In this document: positions 61,965 through 64,000 of the stretch, one piece after another
Numbering within the stretch: the first letter of the stretch is position 1
How the letters are laid out: every line of letters starts with the position of its first letter
Source: Candidatus Latescibacterota bacterium
GTDB taxonomy: Bacteria > Latescibacterota > UBA2968 > UBA8231
DNA: 64,000 nucleotides
Assembly (NCBI GenBank): GCA_964291625.2
Contig: OZ220089.1
Span: forward strand, 2,336,001-2,400,000
Direction of reading: 5' to 3'
Notes under the pieces: model-generated
The model's database searches: none
Told to the model about the DNA's origin: nothing
The model's input: the letters and a program-made list of their open reading frames with translations, nothing else
Program-made: the position numbers and the translations under genes

Positions 61965-62324
61965 ATGACCTGCGGCACCTGCAACGAGACCGTGAAGTCT
62001 GTGGGCACCATCCGGGTGGATCTGTCGACGGACCAGAAGATCTACTTCTCACCAAACGCTGAACACTCTGCTTCGGGCAACGGCAAGCACTACGCAGTGT
62101 TCCTTCCGGACGGCGGATGCACGAACGGGGTCGCAATCCCTTTCTGCGACCCGCTCCGAGGTCTTCCGATTAAGTTGGGATGCTCCCCTAAGCTGTCCGA
62201 CCTTGTCGCAGCCGCTGCGCAGCAGACAGCGGTCGAAGTCAAAGTCAAAGCCAAAGTCACCAAGAAGGCAGAGAACTTGACTTTGGAGAGCATCGTCATT
62301 CCTGGCCCCCGTACGAAGAGATGA
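61965..62324 (+). CDS. Small Cys-rich hypothetical protein (119 aa)
   Basis: AGGAGG at 61950-61955 before ATG 61965; begins MTCGTC; stop overlaps the next start (ATGA); low-GC codons. Confidence 0.65.
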   Translation: MTCGTCNETVKSVGTIRVDLSTDQKIYFSPNAEHSASGNGKHYAVFLPDGGCTNGVAIPFCDPLRGLPIKLGCSPKLSDLVAAAAQQTAVEVKVKAKVTKKAENLTLESIVIPGPRTKR

Positions 62325-64000
62325 GATCCCGCTCCCCAACGGTCCTGTTCTGGGGGGCCGGTGCGACTGCATCCCTCGGGATTCACATGACGGAGCACCA
62401 AGGGCAATTCCTCCGTGCGCTCACACCCCTTCCTGAACGGTCGGAGAGACTCGAGGACCGAGTTCGCAGTGCCCTCGCGGAAGACATTTCGGACAAGTGG
62501 GTATCGGCGTTCTGCGACCTCCTCAAGATTCTCGGAGACAGCGAGGAGGGCACCGAGGACAGGCTCTCAGCTGCTGACGTCCGCACCGAGCAGATAGAGG
62601 CGATGAAGGACAACTGGGAATCCCAAGAGGATGAGGCGCTCCGCCAACGCATTGTCGAGCTGCGCGGCCTTTACGACTGGCCAGCGCTGGTGGCCGCCAT
62701 CAACGTGTGCCCAAGGGGCGTCCCCCGCGACGCCGGGGGCGAGCGGCATGAGCCCCAATTCAAGCTAGTTGACCTCTTCAACCTTCTGGACATGCACGAG
62801 CAGAGCGGTCATGGGTTCCCGGACCGACAGCAGAGGTTTCTCCCCCCGCAACGGGTCATCGGTGCCCGGGGGGCATTGGTACTGCTCATCCAAGCCCTGA
62901 TCTACGTTGACTGGCATTCCCGCGCCCGAGACTGCCCGGACCTTCAGCACCACTTGGCGTTCGGCCTCGAGCTCGGTCGCAAGGTGCAACGTGAAGGCCT
63001 GAGGTTCGACACGGAGGCTGGACCTGACGACTTCGAGCTGGACGACTTCATCCAGGGGGACGTGAGCGTCGTGAGCATGAACTGGGACCCGGTAGGGCTA
63101 TGGGCCCAATTCTTGGCGAATCGCTCCCTAAACCAAGCTTCCAATGTGCCGCACGTCGGTTGTCCGGCCTATAGGCTACAGCTCTACCACGATCTCGGCT
63201 ACTTCGTGGCGGGGCCCAGAGTTGACAAGGGGCACGCCGGAAACAGCGTCTGGCAACCCATGAACATCTCGTCCGCCAGGCAACTCAATGATCGCACCCA
63301 CGGAGCGAACCTGCGGATTCGCGTGAGCAAGTATCTCTTTCCGCACGGGTGCCTGTGGTGGCGCGAGTGCCCGAACTGCGGAAAGCTGTCATCCTACATT
63401 GGGGACAAGTGGGAGATGAGTTCGGAATCGCTGCTCCCCCCGCCCCCGCTCAGGGCCTTCGTGCAAGACCGGCACTTTGAGAGCTGGCTCGAAAATGACA
63501 AGGAGAGATGTAGATGGCACATGGGTGAAGTTGATGTCCGCGCTTGCGTCCATTGCAGGCACTTGACCTATGCGCACCACACACCCCTGATGATGCAAAC
63601 GAGCTTCAAAACCGCGCCACCGCCTTTCCTTGAGGAGATACAGCGCGAAATGCGTGTGGTAGTGCAGGAAGCAAAACACGTCGTTCTAGTCGGATACTCC
63701 CTGCCTCCCGACGACGTCACCTACCGCGCCTTCCTCGCTGCAAGAATCCGTAAGAGTTCCGAGCACGGAGAGGACGCGGTTCGGTGCAGCGTGATCGGCA
63801 AGGAAGTCGGCTACGAGAGCCGATGGCTCTATCCCGAAGAGCTCGATACCAAGGGCAGACTCCCTGATGCGGTGAAGCACGCACGTGAGGTTTTCCAGGC
63901 CAAGAACGTCAGATTTTTCGGTTCCGGGGTCCCTGATGTCTTCCTGGACGGCGCCGAAGGCGTCTCCCAAAGTGCTGTCGAGCGAGTGCTCACTTGGGAA
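62321..64000 (+). CDS. SIR2-like (sirtuin-fold) protein, 3' end outside the window; absent from the ORF track
   Basis: Manual translation gives 560 codons without a stop: VLFWGAGAT, VVSMNWD, FPHGCL, CPNC...CVHC, VLVGYSLPPDD. Confidence 0.85.
   Translation, partial: MRSRSPTVLFWGAGATASLGIHMTEHQGQFLRALTPLPERSERLEDRVRSALAEDISDKWVSAFCDLLKILGDSEEGTEDRLSAADVRTEQIEAMKDNWESQEDEALRQRIVELRGLYDWPALVAAINVCPRGVPRDAGGERHEPQFKLVDLFNLLDMHEQSGHGFPDRQQRFLPPQRVIGARGALVLLIQALIYVDWHSRARDCPDLQHHLAFGLELGRKVQREGLRFDTEAGPDDFELDDFIQGDVSVVSMNWDPVGLWAQFLANRSLNQASNVPHVGCPAYRLQLYHDLGYFVAGPRVDKGHAGNSVWQPMNISSARQLNDRTHGANLRIRVSKYLFPHGCLWWRECPNCGKLSSYIGDKWEMSSESLLPPPPLRAFVQDRHFESWLENDKERCRWHMGEVDVRACVHCRHLTYAHHTPLMMQTSFKTAPPPFLEEIQREMRVVVQEAKHVVLVGYSLPPDDVTYRAFLAARIRKSSEHGEDAVRCSVIGKEVGYESRWLYPEELDTKGRLPDAVKHAREVFQAKNVRFFGSGVPDVFLDGAEGVSQSAVERVLTWE

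Noticed and set aside
62383-63970. Small ORFs listed by the track at the right edge
   Set aside because: They are alternative frames of the uninterrupted plus-strand SIR2-like gene

Overview
High-GC bacterial chromosome segment of mostly housekeeping genes. It carries purC, a GT2 glycosyltransferase, secA, an S55 peptidase/beta-propeller pair running into ribD-ribE-ribBA-ribH-nusB, ftsY, gltA, hpf, an NCS2 permease, an Lrp-like regulator opposite gltBD, a TetR/TolC-MFP-RND efflux operon, a Gld-like ABC cluster, addBA, a PHP phosphatase, a LicC-like nucleotidyltransferase and a core MetE-like enzyme. The long SecA and a C-terminal WGxLK-type tail suggest an FCB-group organism such as Latescibacterota or Gemmatimonadota (inference). 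Three lower-GC islets are visible: a DUF4268-like nuclease (~27.6-28.5 kb), the start of a variable patch (~35.7-41.2 kb) and the right edge (61.8-64 kb). The right edge holds a >=560-aa SIR2-like ORF that the ORF track misses because it runs off the window. It is translationally coupled to a small Cys-rich unknown gene and is the best candidate for an undescribed defence system. Other oddities are an in-frame TetR-signal peptide-TolC fusion, a degenerate tandem array copied from a gene's 3' end that is coupled at both ends, a RibBA with a degenerate RibB half, a promoter-like patch inside ribE and a 15-bp bidirectional leaderless promoter. No rRNA, tRNA, CRISPR array, integrase or transposase was recognised.
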